Part shown: positions 38,197 to 47,757 of the stretch, one piece after another
Position numbering within the stretch: the first letter of the stretch is position 1
Layout: each line of letters opens with the position of its first letter
Origin: Anaerolineae bacterium
Lineage (GTDB): Bacteria; Chloroflexota; Anaerolineae; 4572-78; NAK82
Direction: 5' to 3'
Assembly (NCBI GenBank): GCA_034412795.1
Contig: DAOUMD010000016.1
Span: 178-64,177 of the forward strand
Length of the DNA: 64,000 bases
Program-made: the position numbers and the translations under genes
The notes under the pieces: model-generated
The model's input: only the letters and a program-made list of their open reading frames with translations
Told to the model about the DNA's origin: nothing
The model's database searches: none

Positions 38197-39344
38197 AGAA
38201 AGATGAGATCACCCCTCGCGAACGTGTCCAACTTGCCTTGGTGCACCAGGAGACCGACCGGGTGCCAGTTGATTTTCTTGCTACGCCGGAGACCTGGGCG
38301 GTTCTAAAGGACTATCTAGGGCTGCCTAACGAAGAATCGATTATGAAGTATTTCGGTGTTGATGTGCGCCACCCGAGATTGCGTTACGTTGGTCCCCCTT
38401 TGCCGACCTTTTCGGACGGCAGCTACAAGGATGCCTGGGGCATAACCTGGAGCCCTACGTCTTATGGAGAGGGTATCTATTACGAACCCACTGATCACCC
38501 ACTGGGCGAGATCAAGGATGCCAGCCAGTTAGATGACTATCCGTGGCCTGATCCCGACTGGTGGGATATGGATGCCTTGCTAGGCGCAGTTGAAGCCTGG
38601 GACCAAGAAACGGAATATGCGATCTTCCTTGATGACTTTGGCGACCCTGGTGGCTTCTACGAGATCGCGAACTATCTGCGTGGTATGGAGCACATGTTCC
38701 TGGATATGGCGCTCAATCCGGACATCCCCTTCGAGATTATGCGCCGTATCGCCGACGTCTATATCGTACTGGCCGAACGGGCCTTGACCGCCCTGGGTGA
38801 CCGGGTGGAACTCATCTGGACCAGCGACGACATCGCTCACCAGCACGGCATGATGATGTCGCTGCCCATGTGGCGCGAGTTGATCTTCCCCCACCACGAA
38901 CGCTTCAACCGCCGCGTGCATGAGTTAGGTGGCCGCATCATGTACCATTCGTGCGGCTCCATTGTGGATGCCGTGCCCGGCTTGATCGAGATGGGCATCG
39001 ATGTCTTGGATGTGTTGCAGTTCTCTGCGGACAATATGGTGCCCGAAGATTTAAAATCAACTTACGGTGATCGCCTCTGTTTCCACGGCGGGGCCGACGT
39101 ACAGCAACTGCTTCCGCGTGCCACTGAGGAGCAGGTCAGGGCTGAGATCAGACACATCGTCGACGTGATGGGAAAGGGTGGAGGGTTTATCCTCTCACCA
39201 AGCCATGCTGTTCAGGTAGATACGCCGCCGGAGAATATCCTCGCTGTTTACCGGGAAGCTGGCAGCTTGATGGATAGCTTGCCAACGGCGGTCAGTTCCG
39301 TTGCCACGGATGCACATTATGGACCTGCTCCGCCGGATTCTTAG
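38193..39344 (+). CDS. URO-D/MtaA-like family protein
   Basis: N-terminal TPRERVQLALVHQETDRVP and C-terminal GGGFILSPSHAV motifs. Confidence 0.75.
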   Translation: MKKDEITPRERVQLALVHQETDRVPVDFLATPETWAVLKDYLGLPNEESIMKYFGVDVRHPRLRYVGPPLPTFSDGSYKDAWGITWSPTSYGEGIYYEPTDHPLGEIKDASQLDDYPWPDPDWWDMDALLGAVEAWDQETEYAIFLDDFGDPGGFYEIANYLRGMEHMFLDMALNPDIPFEIMRRIADVYIVLAERALTALGDRVELIWTSDDIAHQHGMMMSLPMWRELIFPHHERFNRRVHELGGRIMYHSCGSIVDAVPGLIEMGIDVLDVLQFSADNMVPEDLKSTYGDRLCFHGGADVQQLLPRATEEQVRAEIRHIVDVMGKGGGFILSPSHAVQVDTPPENILAVYREAGSLMDSLPTAVSSVATDAHYGPAPPDS

Positions 39345-39347
39345 ACT

Positions 39348-39444
39348 GGAAGGTTGGAAGGCTGGAAGATTGAAAGCATAGAAGAACGGAAGGTCGGACC
39401 AACCAACTAACCAACCAGCCAACCAACCAACTAACCAACTAACC
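39348..39444. repeat. two abutting blocks of 8-nt tandem repeats (GGAAGGYT x6, then AACYAACC x6)
   Basis: Read directly: GGAAGGTT GGAAGGCT GGAAGATT GAAAGCAT AGAAGAAC GGAAGGTC / ...AACTAACC AACCAGCC AACCAACC AACTAACC AACTAACC. Confidence 0.8.
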
Positions 39445-39469
39445 GCAAAGTTAGACAAGGAGGACCTCT

Positions 39470-40852
39470 ATGATTACGCCAAAAGTTGGATTCATCGTCT
39501 ATGGGGTGCATAAGGACGGATTGCTAGATCCGATGGGTGCACCATTTATTGATGATCAGCTCATTACAAATGCAAAAAATGCTCTCCGAGAGGCAGGTCT
39601 CGAACTCGTCGAGCACGACGTCATTCTGGCCACCAAGCAGGAGGCCAGGGAGTGTTTTGCCAAGTTCAGGAAGATGGATGACATAGACGCCGTCGTCCTC
39701 TTTTCCGGCACCTGGGTGTGGGCTGCTCACATGATCGGTGCCCTCCGTGATTTCTCCTTTACCGGAAAGGGTATTCTCATCTGGACGGTTCCCGGTTCGC
39801 AGGGCTGGCGACCGGTTGGTGGTTTGGTGTTGCAGGGTGCGCTTAAGGAAGTCGGCATCAGGCATCGCTTTGTGTATGGCGGCTACGATGACGCCAAAGA
39901 GATTGACCGTATCGTATCTTACTGTCGTGCCAGCCACATGAAGAACAAGCTGAACATGAGCACCCTTGGTGCCTTTGGCGGGCGCGGGATGGGCCAAACT
40001 TGCGGTGTGGCCGATCCCTCGCAGTGGATGAAGATCTTCGGGGTGGATATCGATTCCAGGGACGTCACTGCGTTGATCCAAACCGCCAAGGCCATCCCCG
40101 ACGAGGAAGTGCAGGGGGCGCGGGATTACATTCAAACCTTGTTCAAAGATCCGGTGCCCGACGATGAGACGTCCGACCGTTCTATTCGTCTTTATCTGGC
40201 CATCAAGAAGACGGTGGCTCTTGAAGGGTTCGACTTTTACACCATTCAGTCTTTCCCCGGAATGGGCGATGACTACAGTGCCACCTCCTTCGCTCAGAGC
40301 ATGATGTTGGAGGAAGGCGTGGGCACTTCGACCCTGTCCGATTTTAATACGGCCATGGTCGCCAAGCTGCTCATCGATCTGAGTGAGGAGCGCGTGTACT
40401 ACGGAGACTTGCAGCACATCGACAAAGAGAACAACGAGATCAAGATCATTGGTGATGGTGCATGTCCCCCATCTCTGGCCGGAGACTTGGGGCCGGCCAC
40501 CTTTGCCGAGCACGGCATTCCCACCGAAGGCGAGGCCGGTGGCTTGTCGGTTCAACTCGTGTGCAAACCAGGAGAGGGCGTTTTGGCCCGGCTGGGGCGC
40601 AACGACGGTGAGTTTGAGATGGTCATCGCGCGCTGCACGGTCTTTGAGCCGTCTCCTGACGAACTCGAAGCCCGCAAACTCGAATGTGGCGTTCCCTTCT
40701 GGCCTCACGCATTTGTGACGGCTCATTGCGACATCGATGCCCTACTAGAAGCGTGGAACAATGAATATGCCGTCTTGGGATATGGGAGCCACCTCTACGA
40801 CACCTTGATCGCCTTCTGCGAATTGACCGGAATCAAGGCCATTGCCTTATAG
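39470..40852 (+). CDS. L-fucose/L-arabinose isomerase-like sugar isomerase
   Basis: 460 aa; the N-terminal domain layout resembles the FucI/AraA family; RBS AAGGAGG. Confidence 0.6.
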   Translation: MITPKVGFIVYGVHKDGLLDPMGAPFIDDQLITNAKNALREAGLELVEHDVILATKQEARECFAKFRKMDDIDAVVLFSGTWVWAAHMIGALRDFSFTGKGILIWTVPGSQGWRPVGGLVLQGALKEVGIRHRFVYGGYDDAKEIDRIVSYCRASHMKNKLNMSTLGAFGGRGMGQTCGVADPSQWMKIFGVDIDSRDVTALIQTAKAIPDEEVQGARDYIQTLFKDPVPDDETSDRSIRLYLAIKKTVALEGFDFYTIQSFPGMGDDYSATSFAQSMMLEEGVGTSTLSDFNTAMVAKLLIDLSEERVYYGDLQHIDKENNEIKIIGDGACPPSLAGDLGPATFAEHGIPTEGEAGGLSVQLVCKPGEGVLARLGRNDGEFEMVIARCTVFEPSPDELEARKLECGVPFWPHAFVTAHCDIDALLEAWNNEYAVLGYGSHLYDTLIAFCELTGIKAIAL

Positions 40853-40869
40853 GACGTAGACCTTTAGGG

Positions 40870-41018
40870 TTCATAAAAGAATAACTTCTCGTGTGTCATT
40901 TCGACCGAAGGGCTTAATCCCTCTCAAGGTTGATTGCGTGGCCAACGCTGATGGGGATTTCTCGCTATCGCTCGAAATGACATAGTTTAGGTGCGGGAAC
41001 TTATATATTTACGGACCC
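40870..41018 (+). mobile_element. MITE-C copy (149 bp) flanked by TTAGGG direct repeats
   Basis: See 4192-4340. TTAGGG occurs at 40864-40869 and 41019-41024. The element is inserted in the 5' arm of a 14-bp hairpin. Confidence 0.7.
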
Positions 41019-41059
41019 TTAGGGTTTTGACCTGTTCGCCAGGGAAACCCTAAAGGTCC
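41013..41059 (+). repeat. REP-like hairpin (GGACCCTTAGGGTTT...AAACCCTAAAGGTCC)
   Basis: 15-bp stem with 1 mismatch and a loop containing GTTCGCC; related stems occur at 4146-4185 and 59655-59684. Confidence 0.5.
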
Positions 41060-41081
41060 AGGTTATGAATAGGAGACCATA

Positions 41082-42134
41082 GTGACAACGCAAGGTATGA
41101 ATACGTTACGTGAGATCCAGACACAGCCTGACGCATGGGCTGCTGTCGTGGATGCGGCTCGCGAAGGAGCTCAGCCCTGGGGGACTTTCTTTGCGCAGAG
41201 AGCGGGTGATCTGACACTCTTTTTCGGTTGTGGTTCGACCTATTATCTTTCTCTGACAGCCGCTTCTGTCTTCCAGACGCTTGCGTGCCAGGCAGCACGG
41301 GGAGTCCCGGCTGCTGAGCTGTTTCTCTTCCCAGAAACCTGGATTCCGGGGAATAGTACGCCCTGCGGGATTGCCGTCTCCCGCTCTGGAACCACTAGCG
41401 AGACGATCCGTGCCGTAGATCACTTAACCAAGACGTATAACGCTCAGATAGCCGTCGTTACCTGCTATAACGACACTCCGCTGGCAGATCGATCGTCGAT
41501 CACGCTCGTCTCGCCGGAAGGCCACGAAGAGAGTGTCGCGCAGACGCGTTCTTTCTCCAGCATGCTTCTCGGTTGCATAACACTGGCTGCCCTGGCTGGG
41601 AGGCAGACTGAATTTGTGGAGGATCTGGCTGCTTTGCCTTCTCTAGGAGAGCGCTTAATGCAGCGTTACCAGCCGTTGGCTCGATCCTTGGGGGAGGACT
41701 CTGGTCTCTCCCAGGTGTTTTTCCTCGGCTCCGGTCCCCGATATGGTCTGGCATGCGAAGCCATGCTTAAGCTCAAAGAGATGTCCCTTACCACCTCTGA
41801 GGCATACCATTTCTTGGAATTCCGTCACGGCCCCAAGTCTATGGTCGATGAAAAGACGTTGGTGGTGGGGTTGCTCTCAGAAGAGGCCCGAGAAATGGAG
41901 GTTGCTGTGCTGCGTGAAATGAACGACTTGGGAGCCACCATCTTGGTCGTGACCGATGCCGCGGATAACCTGGGCTGGGCTGACCACGTGGTGTGTTTCG
42001 AGTCGGGTCTGCCTGAACTGGCTCGCTTGCCTCTTTACCTGCCCGTTCTCCAGTTGTTTGCCTACTATCGGTCCGTTGGCAAGGGGCTGGACCCAGATGC
42101 ACCTCGCCATCTCGATGCAGTCGTCAAGCTGTGA
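41082..42134 (+). CDS. SIS domain sugar-phosphate isomerase/deaminase (AgaS/GlmS-isomerase-like)
   Basis: Two SIS repeats with GCGSTYY and SRSGTTSE motifs; GTG start after AGGAG. Confidence 0.8.
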   Translation: MTTQGMNTLREIQTQPDAWAAVVDAAREGAQPWGTFFAQRAGDLTLFFGCGSTYYLSLTAASVFQTLACQAARGVPAAELFLFPETWIPGNSTPCGIAVSRSGTTSETIRAVDHLTKTYNAQIAVVTCYNDTPLADRSSITLVSPEGHEESVAQTRSFSSMLLGCITLAALAGRQTEFVEDLAALPSLGERLMQRYQPLARSLGEDSGLSQVFFLGSGPRYGLACEAMLKLKEMSLTTSEAYHFLEFRHGPKSMVDEKTLVVGLLSEEAREMEVAVLREMNDLGATILVVTDAADNLGWADHVVCFESGLPELARLPLYLPVLQLFAYYRSVGKGLDPDAPRHLDAVVKL

Positions 42135-42192
42135 AGGTCTTATGAATGTGGCTGGCTGGCTCTAAAGGTCCGGATAGCCAGCGAGTGAGCGT

Positions 42193-43122
42193 ATGTCAAA
42201 GAAAGTGCTCGTCATCGGCGAGTTGAATGTTGATCTGATCGTCAGTGGTCTGCCGTCCTTACCCGCACTCGGGCAAGAGCTGACTTGTGCCGGCTTCTCT
42301 CGCGCTCTGGGTAGTTCGTCGGCTATCTTCTCACGCGCCCTGGCCGGCCTGGGGGCTCAAGTTGATTTTATGGGCAAGGTCGGTGATGATGATAACGGCC
42401 ACTTTATGCTGGCCCAACTTCAAGAGATTGGGATAGGTATCCAGGGAGTTATCATCGACCCCGCCGTGCAGACGGGCGTCACGATTTCACTCACCTATCC
42501 TGACGAAAAAGCTCAGGTTACCTACTTGGGCTCTATCGCCGACTATCGCCTGGCTGACGTCAACTTGGACGTCCTCGGCGACTACGTCCATCTGCATATG
42601 GCCTCGATGTACCTGCAGATAGGGCTTCAATCCGCGTTTCCGGAGCTGTTGCGGCGGGCCAAAGAGTTGGGGCTTACAACCTCCCTGGATCCAGGTTGGG
42701 ATCCCAAGGAACAATGGAATAGCGTCCTTCTGGAAGCTCTGCCGGTCCTGGATATCCTGTTTGTGAATGAACACGAGGTCAAGGCCATTGCCAAAAGCGA
42801 GTCAGTCAGCCGGGCATCAACCACGCTCGCTCAGCAGGTGGATTTGGTGGTCGCCAAGTTGGGGCCTGGGGGGGCGTTGATGGCCGATCAGGAAGGTGTG
42901 CTCAGTAGTCCGGCATTCCCGGTGGAAGTAGTGGACACGACCGGAGCGGGCGATTCCTTCAACGCTGGTTTCATCTACAAATATGTCGTAGAGGGAGGGT
43001 CCCAATCCGAAGCCTTGCGCTTCGCCAACGCCTGTGGCGCGATAGCTGCAACCCGCGTAGGTGGGGCCAGTTTAGTCCCAAGCGCCGCAGAGGTGGAGAC
43101 CTTCTTGACTCAACAAGTATGA
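42193..43122 (+). CDS. PfkB family carbohydrate kinase
   Basis: C-terminal [10 protein letters not shown] motif; 309 aa. Confidence 0.85.
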   Translation: MSKKVLVIGELNVDLIVSGLPSLPALGQELTCAGFSRALGSSSAIFSRALAGLGAQVDFMGKVGDDDNGHFMLAQLQEIGIGIQGVIIDPAVQTGVTISLTYPDEKAQVTYLGSIADYRLADVNLDVLGDYVHLHMASMYLQIGLQSAFPELLRRAKELGLTTSLDPGWDPKEQWNSVLLEALPVLDILFVNEHEVKAIAKSESVSRASTTLAQQVDLVVAKLGPGGALMADQEGVLSSPAFPVEVVDTTGAGDSFNAGFIYKYVVEGGSQSEALRFANACGAIAATRVGGASLVPSAAEVETFLTQQV

Positions 43123-43171
43123 AGTCAAGCTCCCGGCTGGAGCGAAAATATGGGGGATTAGTGACAGAACG

Positions 43172-44455
43172 ATGAAGACTTTGGATGAACTGGTACGACG
43201 GATTACCCAGTTGAGGCAAGAGGGTGTAAACATCACTCTGTTGGCGGTTTGTCCTAACTCGGTGGCGGTCCTGGAGGCTGCGGTGAAGGTCGCTGCCACC
43301 AATAACACGCCGATGCTGTTTGCTGCCACGCTCAATCAGGTAGACCGAGAAGGTAGCTACACGGGTTGGACACCGGACGAATTTACAGCGCAGATTGAGG
43401 TCTTTACCCGCAAGTACGCCTGGGACGGCCCTCTCTATCCATGCCTGGATCATGGAGGCCCTTGGCTTAAGGACCTGCACACGCTAGCCGGCCTTTCCCT
43501 GCAGGAGACGATGGATGAGGTCAAACAAAGCCTGGTAGCGTGCATGAAAGCTGGTTACCATCTCTTGCATGTTGACCCCACGGTGGACCACACTTTGCCT
43601 CCCGGCGAGGCAATCGCCATAGAGACGGTGGTAGCTCGCACCGTTGAACTGATAGAGCATACCGAGCGAGAGCGAGCGCGTTTGGGATTACGTCCTATTT
43701 CTTATGAAGTTGGCACCGAGGAGGTTCACGGTGGCCTGGTAGACTACAGCAATTTTAAGATTTTCATCGACAGCTTAAGACAAGGGCTGGCAGCACGCGG
43801 ATTGGACCAGGCCTGGCCCTGTTTCATCGTCGGTAAGGTGGGGACCGACCTACATACCACTGACTTCGACCCAGAGACCGCTCAGCAACTGTTTGATACT
43901 GTATCTCCCTTCGGTTCGCTGATCAAGGGACATTATACCGATTGGGTTTCAAACCCGCACGACTATCCGAGCAGTGGCATGGGGGGGGCCAATGTTGGGC
44001 CTGAATTCACGGCTGAGGAATACCTGGCCCTCGCTGATCTGTGCGCTAAGGAAGAAGATTTGATCCGCAGCCGCGGGACTTTGCGGCCGTCAGACTTCTT
44101 GGCCGTGCTGGAGCAGGCGGTGTATGACTCCGGTCGCTGGCGTAAGTGGTTACAGCCAGAGGAGTATCCAGATGAAGGGGCTGAACAAGGATGGGGGAGC
44201 GGCGCTCCCGTCGATGCCCAGCACGTTTGGGATGGCCTGTCGCCAGAGCGGCGCTCCTGGCTGACTCAAACCGGCGCTCGATATATCTGGACAGCAGCTC
44301 CGGTGCTGGCCGCGCGCGAAACCCTATACCGCAATCTGTCGTGCCTCATCCCTGACCCTCACCAGGTAGTCGTTGATCGCATTGCCCAGTCCATGGAGAA
44401 ATACGTGGTTGCCTTTCATCTCTTCGACTCCCTCACGCATCTTGAAGGGGACTAA
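43172..44455 (+). CDS. GatZ/KbaZ family tagatose-bisphosphate aldolase subunit / tagatose-6-P epimerase-like
   Basis: N-terminus LLAVCPNS...AATLNQVD is typical of GatZ/KbaZ; 427 aa. Confidence 0.7.
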   Translation: MKTLDELVRRITQLRQEGVNITLLAVCPNSVAVLEAAVKVAATNNTPMLFAATLNQVDREGSYTGWTPDEFTAQIEVFTRKYAWDGPLYPCLDHGGPWLKDLHTLAGLSLQETMDEVKQSLVACMKAGYHLLHVDPTVDHTLPPGEAIAIETVVARTVELIEHTERERARLGLRPISYEVGTEEVHGGLVDYSNFKIFIDSLRQGLAARGLDQAWPCFIVGKVGTDLHTTDFDPETAQQLFDTVSPFGSLIKGHYTDWVSNPHDYPSSGMGGANVGPEFTAEEYLALADLCAKEEDLIRSRGTLRPSDFLAVLEQAVYDSGRWRKWLQPEEYPDEGAEQGWGSGAPVDAQHVWDGLSPERRSWLTQTGARYIWTAAPVLAARETLYRNLSCLIPDPHQVVVDRIAQSMEKYVVAFHLFDSLTHLEGD

Positions 44456-44508
44456 GCTGTAACTCTGCGACTTTGCACGAGTGCTGGTGGGAAGCGGGAG
44501 CGACTTTG

Positions 44509-44536
44509 TTGACAGATGAAAAAAAAGTGCTATAAT
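44509..44536 (+). promoter_or_regulatory. near-consensus sigma70 promoter (TTGACA-16-TATAAT)
   Basis: Read directly; heads a ~470-nt AT-richer structured leader before 45015-46046. Confidence 0.55.
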
Positions 44537-44542
44537 GTCTGC

Positions 44543-45014
44543 ACTGTTTCAAGCAGTGCCCCGTTAGAATTTGGTTCCTGTGCATGATTCGAAAGCGTAA
44601 GGCTTTTCCAAGAATTAAATTGCGCAAACGTCCCGTTAAGACTCGTTGAAACAAAGCCAGATAAGCGACCTAATGCTTGGAAAAGCCTGAGCAATGCCCG
44701 AAGCCGTTCACATACTGTGTTAACTTGGACTGATGCGAGTTTGTGCCTTGGGCTATCATTTTCTTGGCATTGCCTAAATCATTGACAGGTTTTTGCGTCT
44801 ACGACAGCCTTGCCCCCAATCATTATAGCCATCCAAATACCGTCTGTCTGGTATTACAGTGCCATTCGAATTACAAACCTGGCTGTTCGTGCGATCGGAT
44901 GTGCTACTCCTACCCAGGTTTCTTAGAGAGTGCTTTCTGAGATCATCTTGTTTGGTCTCTTCGCGCGGTGTAGTTGTTCAATAATTCATTAGCAAAAGTA
45001 AATAGGGAGGATCA
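44543..45014 (+). other. long structured 5' leader or candidate ncRNA
   Basis: Hairpin at 44541-44559. Long-range 13-bp helix 44600-44612/44676-44688. 8-bp helix 44691-44698/44766-44773. Further stems follow downstream. Confidence 0.35.
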
Positions 45015-46046
45015 ATGATGACCGCAAAATATGGTGTAGGCATCATCGGCGCTGGTTGGGTGTCCGGGGAATACGTCAAAGCATTCCGCGATCACCCCTT
45101 GACGGAAGTGGTGGGTATGTACAATAAGACCCCCAAAAAGGCCACGAATGTCATGAAAACCCACGGCGTCGATGGTAAGGAGTATGCGTCCATTGACGAA
45201 TTCTTTGACGATGAGCGCATTAACATTGTCGTTCACTGCGCTCACGCAGATACGCGGCCTGAATATATTAGCCGCGCGGCACTAAGCGGCCGCCACGTCG
45301 TCATCGAGAAGCCGATTAGTATGAACTCCGAGGGGACGGTTCAGATCTATGAGGCAGTCAACAAAGGGGGCATGAAATCGATCGTCAGTTGTGTGTTGCG
45401 CTGGAATCCCCAATTTGAGACCATCCGGGCCTTGATCGACGATGGTAAACTCGGGGACCTGATCTACGCCGAAGCCGACTACTGGCACCCCATCATCAAG
45501 GCCTATCCCGGCTATCCCTACTACATGAAGAAGATTTCCGGTGGCAGTTCCTTCACCGTGGCCGGTGTCCACGCGGTGGATACTCTGCGTTGGTTGGCCG
45601 GAGACGTTGCCGAGGTTGCCGCCTTCAGCACCGGCCCGATTGCGAACAAGGACTATGAGTACCAGCCGGTGTCGGTGGCCGCACTCAAATTTGAGAACGG
45701 CGCGGTGGGCAAGCTTTCCAGCATGATAGAGGGTGAGACCCCTTACATCTTCAACTGCCGGTTGTTCGGCACCACCATGTCCATCAACAACAACAAGATT
45801 CATTCTTACAAATATTATCCCGGCTCGCTTGGCTACTGGGAGTTCCCGACCGTAAAACCGGACAGCGGTGATGTTTCGCACCATCCCTTTGTGCCGGAGA
45901 TCCACCACTTTATGGAATGCATCGAAAACGACGTCGAGTCGCACGCTTCGATCCATGATATGGTCAAGACCATGGCCCTCTGCTTCGCCATCGACGAGTC
46001 GGCGGCCAAGGGTGGCCAACCGGTTGCAGTCAAATCTCTGGTCTAG
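45015..46046 (+). CDS. Gfo/Idh/MocA family oxidoreductase
   Basis: GIIGAGWVSGEY and VIEKPIS motifs; RBS GGGAGG. Confidence 0.85.
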   Translation: MMTAKYGVGIIGAGWVSGEYVKAFRDHPLTEVVGMYNKTPKKATNVMKTHGVDGKEYASIDEFFDDERINIVVHCAHADTRPEYISRAALSGRHVVIEKPISMNSEGTVQIYEAVNKGGMKSIVSCVLRWNPQFETIRALIDDGKLGDLIYAEADYWHPIIKAYPGYPYYMKKISGGSSFTVAGVHAVDTLRWLAGDVAEVAAFSTGPIANKDYEYQPVSVAALKFENGAVGKLSSMIEGETPYIFNCRLFGTTMSINNNKIHSYKYYPGSLGYWEFPTVKPDSGDVSHHPFVPEIHHFMECIENDVESHASIHDMVKTMALCFAIDESAAKGGQPVAVKSLV

Positions 46047-46168
46047 TCTTGTTACTTCTACCCCAAGCCGCGCCAGCGGGGCTCTACCCCGTGGCGTGCG
46101 ACCGGGGTTTGAAAGTAAAATTCTATTGTAGTGGTTAGCATTTCTTAATCTGAACAGGAGGAGAGAAA

Positions 46169-47521
46169 GTGTCAGAAAAAATGAAGCGTCGTGATTTTCT
46201 TAAATCAGCAGCCACCGTAGGTGTGGGCAGTGTGCTGGGCGCCGGCCTGGCCTCGGCTTGCCAGACGGCGGCCACCCCGGCCGCCGAAGTACCAGCCGAA
46301 GGTGCGGCGACCGAGGCTCCCGCCGGGGCGCCAGCGGTGGTACAAGAAAAGCGGCCCATCAACGTAGTCGGTATCTTCCCACTCAGCGGCTTCATCGCCT
46401 CCGACGGCGAAGAGATGCGCAATGGCGTCGTCATGGCGGTTGACGAAATCAATGGGCTGGGTGGCCTTGTCGGCCACGAACTCAAATACATCGAGATAGA
46501 CGACGTCGACTCGGTCGGCGATCAGGTCACCACCGCCTTCGAGCGGGCCATCGACGTGGAGAAGGCGGATGTTATCTTCTCCGGTTACCACCTGACCTCG
46601 GCGCCTGAATTCGATATCTGCGCCGAGGCCGGCGTGCTGTACTACAACAACAACACCCAGAAGGCATGGACCGACCGCTATTCCAGCGACCCCGAGAAGT
46701 ACTGGCCCATCTTCCAGACCGACCCGAACGAAGAGTGGTACGGTGGCGGCTTTGCCCGTTACCTGGACCGCATAGTGGCGAACGGCGAATTCGTACCGGA
46801 AAGTGGAAAGACAGCCGCCATCCTGCACGGCGACGACACCTACAGCTCATTCATTGGCAATACATTCAACGACACGGCCCTGGAGTTGGGCTGGGATGTC
46901 TTGCTCAAGGACACCTTCACGGTAGGTAACGTGGCCGACTGGGGGCCGATGTTGTCCAACGTGCGCGATGTCAATCCCTCCGTCTTCTTCTCCGTCACCT
47001 ACAACCCGGCCGACAACGCGGCCATGATCAAGCAGTGGGCGGCCAATCCTATCCCCGCCCTGATCTATCAGCAATACGGTCCTTCCGTGCCCGAGTATCT
47101 GGATCTGGCTGGCGAGGCGGCCAACGGCGTCATCTGGGCTACCGTGCTCGGCTTTTTGCCTGATGAGATCGGCATGGATTGGGTCAGTGCCTATGAAGCC
47201 AAGTTTGGCCAGACGCCGGGCTATGCCAACGCGCCGGGTGGCTATGACCAGGTATGGGTCTGGGCCAAAGCCGTGGCGTTGGCTGGCGATCCCTTCGACT
47301 ATCAGAAGGTGGCCAAGATGACCGAGATGGGCATCCACCGTGGTGTGACCGGCGGCAGTGCTTTTTCAGACCACGCTGGCCAGTGCTATCCGTGGCAGGT
47401 TAATGATCCCTCGCTGGGACAAGCACACACTATCTACCAGATCCAGGATGGGCAACAGGTGCTGGTTTTCCCGGATCCCTACACCACCGGCACATTCCAG
47501 ACTCCGTCCTGGTTTGGCTAG
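46169..47521 (+). CDS. LIV/amide-type ABC transporter substrate-binding lipoprotein
   Basis: TAT-like KRRDFLK...LASAC signal/lipobox, an A/P/E linker and a type-I periplasmic-binding fold. Confidence 0.8.
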   Translation: MSEKMKRRDFLKSAATVGVGSVLGAGLASACQTAATPAAEVPAEGAATEAPAGAPAVVQEKRPINVVGIFPLSGFIASDGEEMRNGVVMAVDEINGLGGLVGHELKYIEIDDVDSVGDQVTTAFERAIDVEKADVIFSGYHLTSAPEFDICAEAGVLYYNNNTQKAWTDRYSSDPEKYWPIFQTDPNEEWYGGGFARYLDRIVANGEFVPESGKTAAILHGDDTYSSFIGNTFNDTALELGWDVLLKDTFTVGNVADWGPMLSNVRDVNPSVFFSVTYNPADNAAMIKQWAANPIPALIYQQYGPSVPEYLDLAGEAANGVIWATVLGFLPDEIGMDWVSAYEAKFGQTPGYANAPGGYDQVWVWAKAVALAGDPFDYQKVAKMTEMGIHRGVTGGSAFSDHAGQCYPWQVNDPSLGQAHTIYQIQDGQQVLVFPDPYTTGTFQTPSWFG

Positions 47522-47557
47522 GATATGATCAAAACGTGAGCCTTTGATAAAACAGAT

Positions 47558-47586
47558 CTGGCCGTTCGCACAAAGCGAACGGCCAG
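47558..47586 (+). other. intercistronic perfect 12-bp stem-loop after the SBP gene
   Basis: CTGGCCGTTCGC-ACAAA-GCGAACGGCCAG. Confidence 0.6.
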
Positions 47587-47757
47587 CATCCGGTTTAGCT
47601 TTGATAATCGTTATCTATCTCATATCGTATTGCCTTTAGTCCCTTGCTAGAGGGGCATATCGTCCCCACCTGAACAATCGCAGGCGGGGGGCTTGTTTCA
47701 TCCAGACCTGTCAGATTTCTCACAACCTGACGGGTCTGAGTAGACTGAGGGTATTCT

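Noticed and set aside
39348-39444. Octamer repeat block as a long hairpin or terminator
   Set aside because: Aligning the left half with the reverse complement of the right half gave only 1-6 matches per 8-nt unit, with systematic A-A clashes, so a stable stem is not supported.
39524-40726. 400-aa ORF on the minus strand
   Set aside because: Shadow ORF opposite the isomerase-like gene, with low-complexity R/G/H-rich translation.
44743-44940. 65-aa Cys-rich ORF (possible RiPP precursor or small protein)
   Set aside because: It has a GTG start without an RBS, lies inside the structured leader, has no modification, transport or immunity genes nearby, and its composition is consistent with chance.
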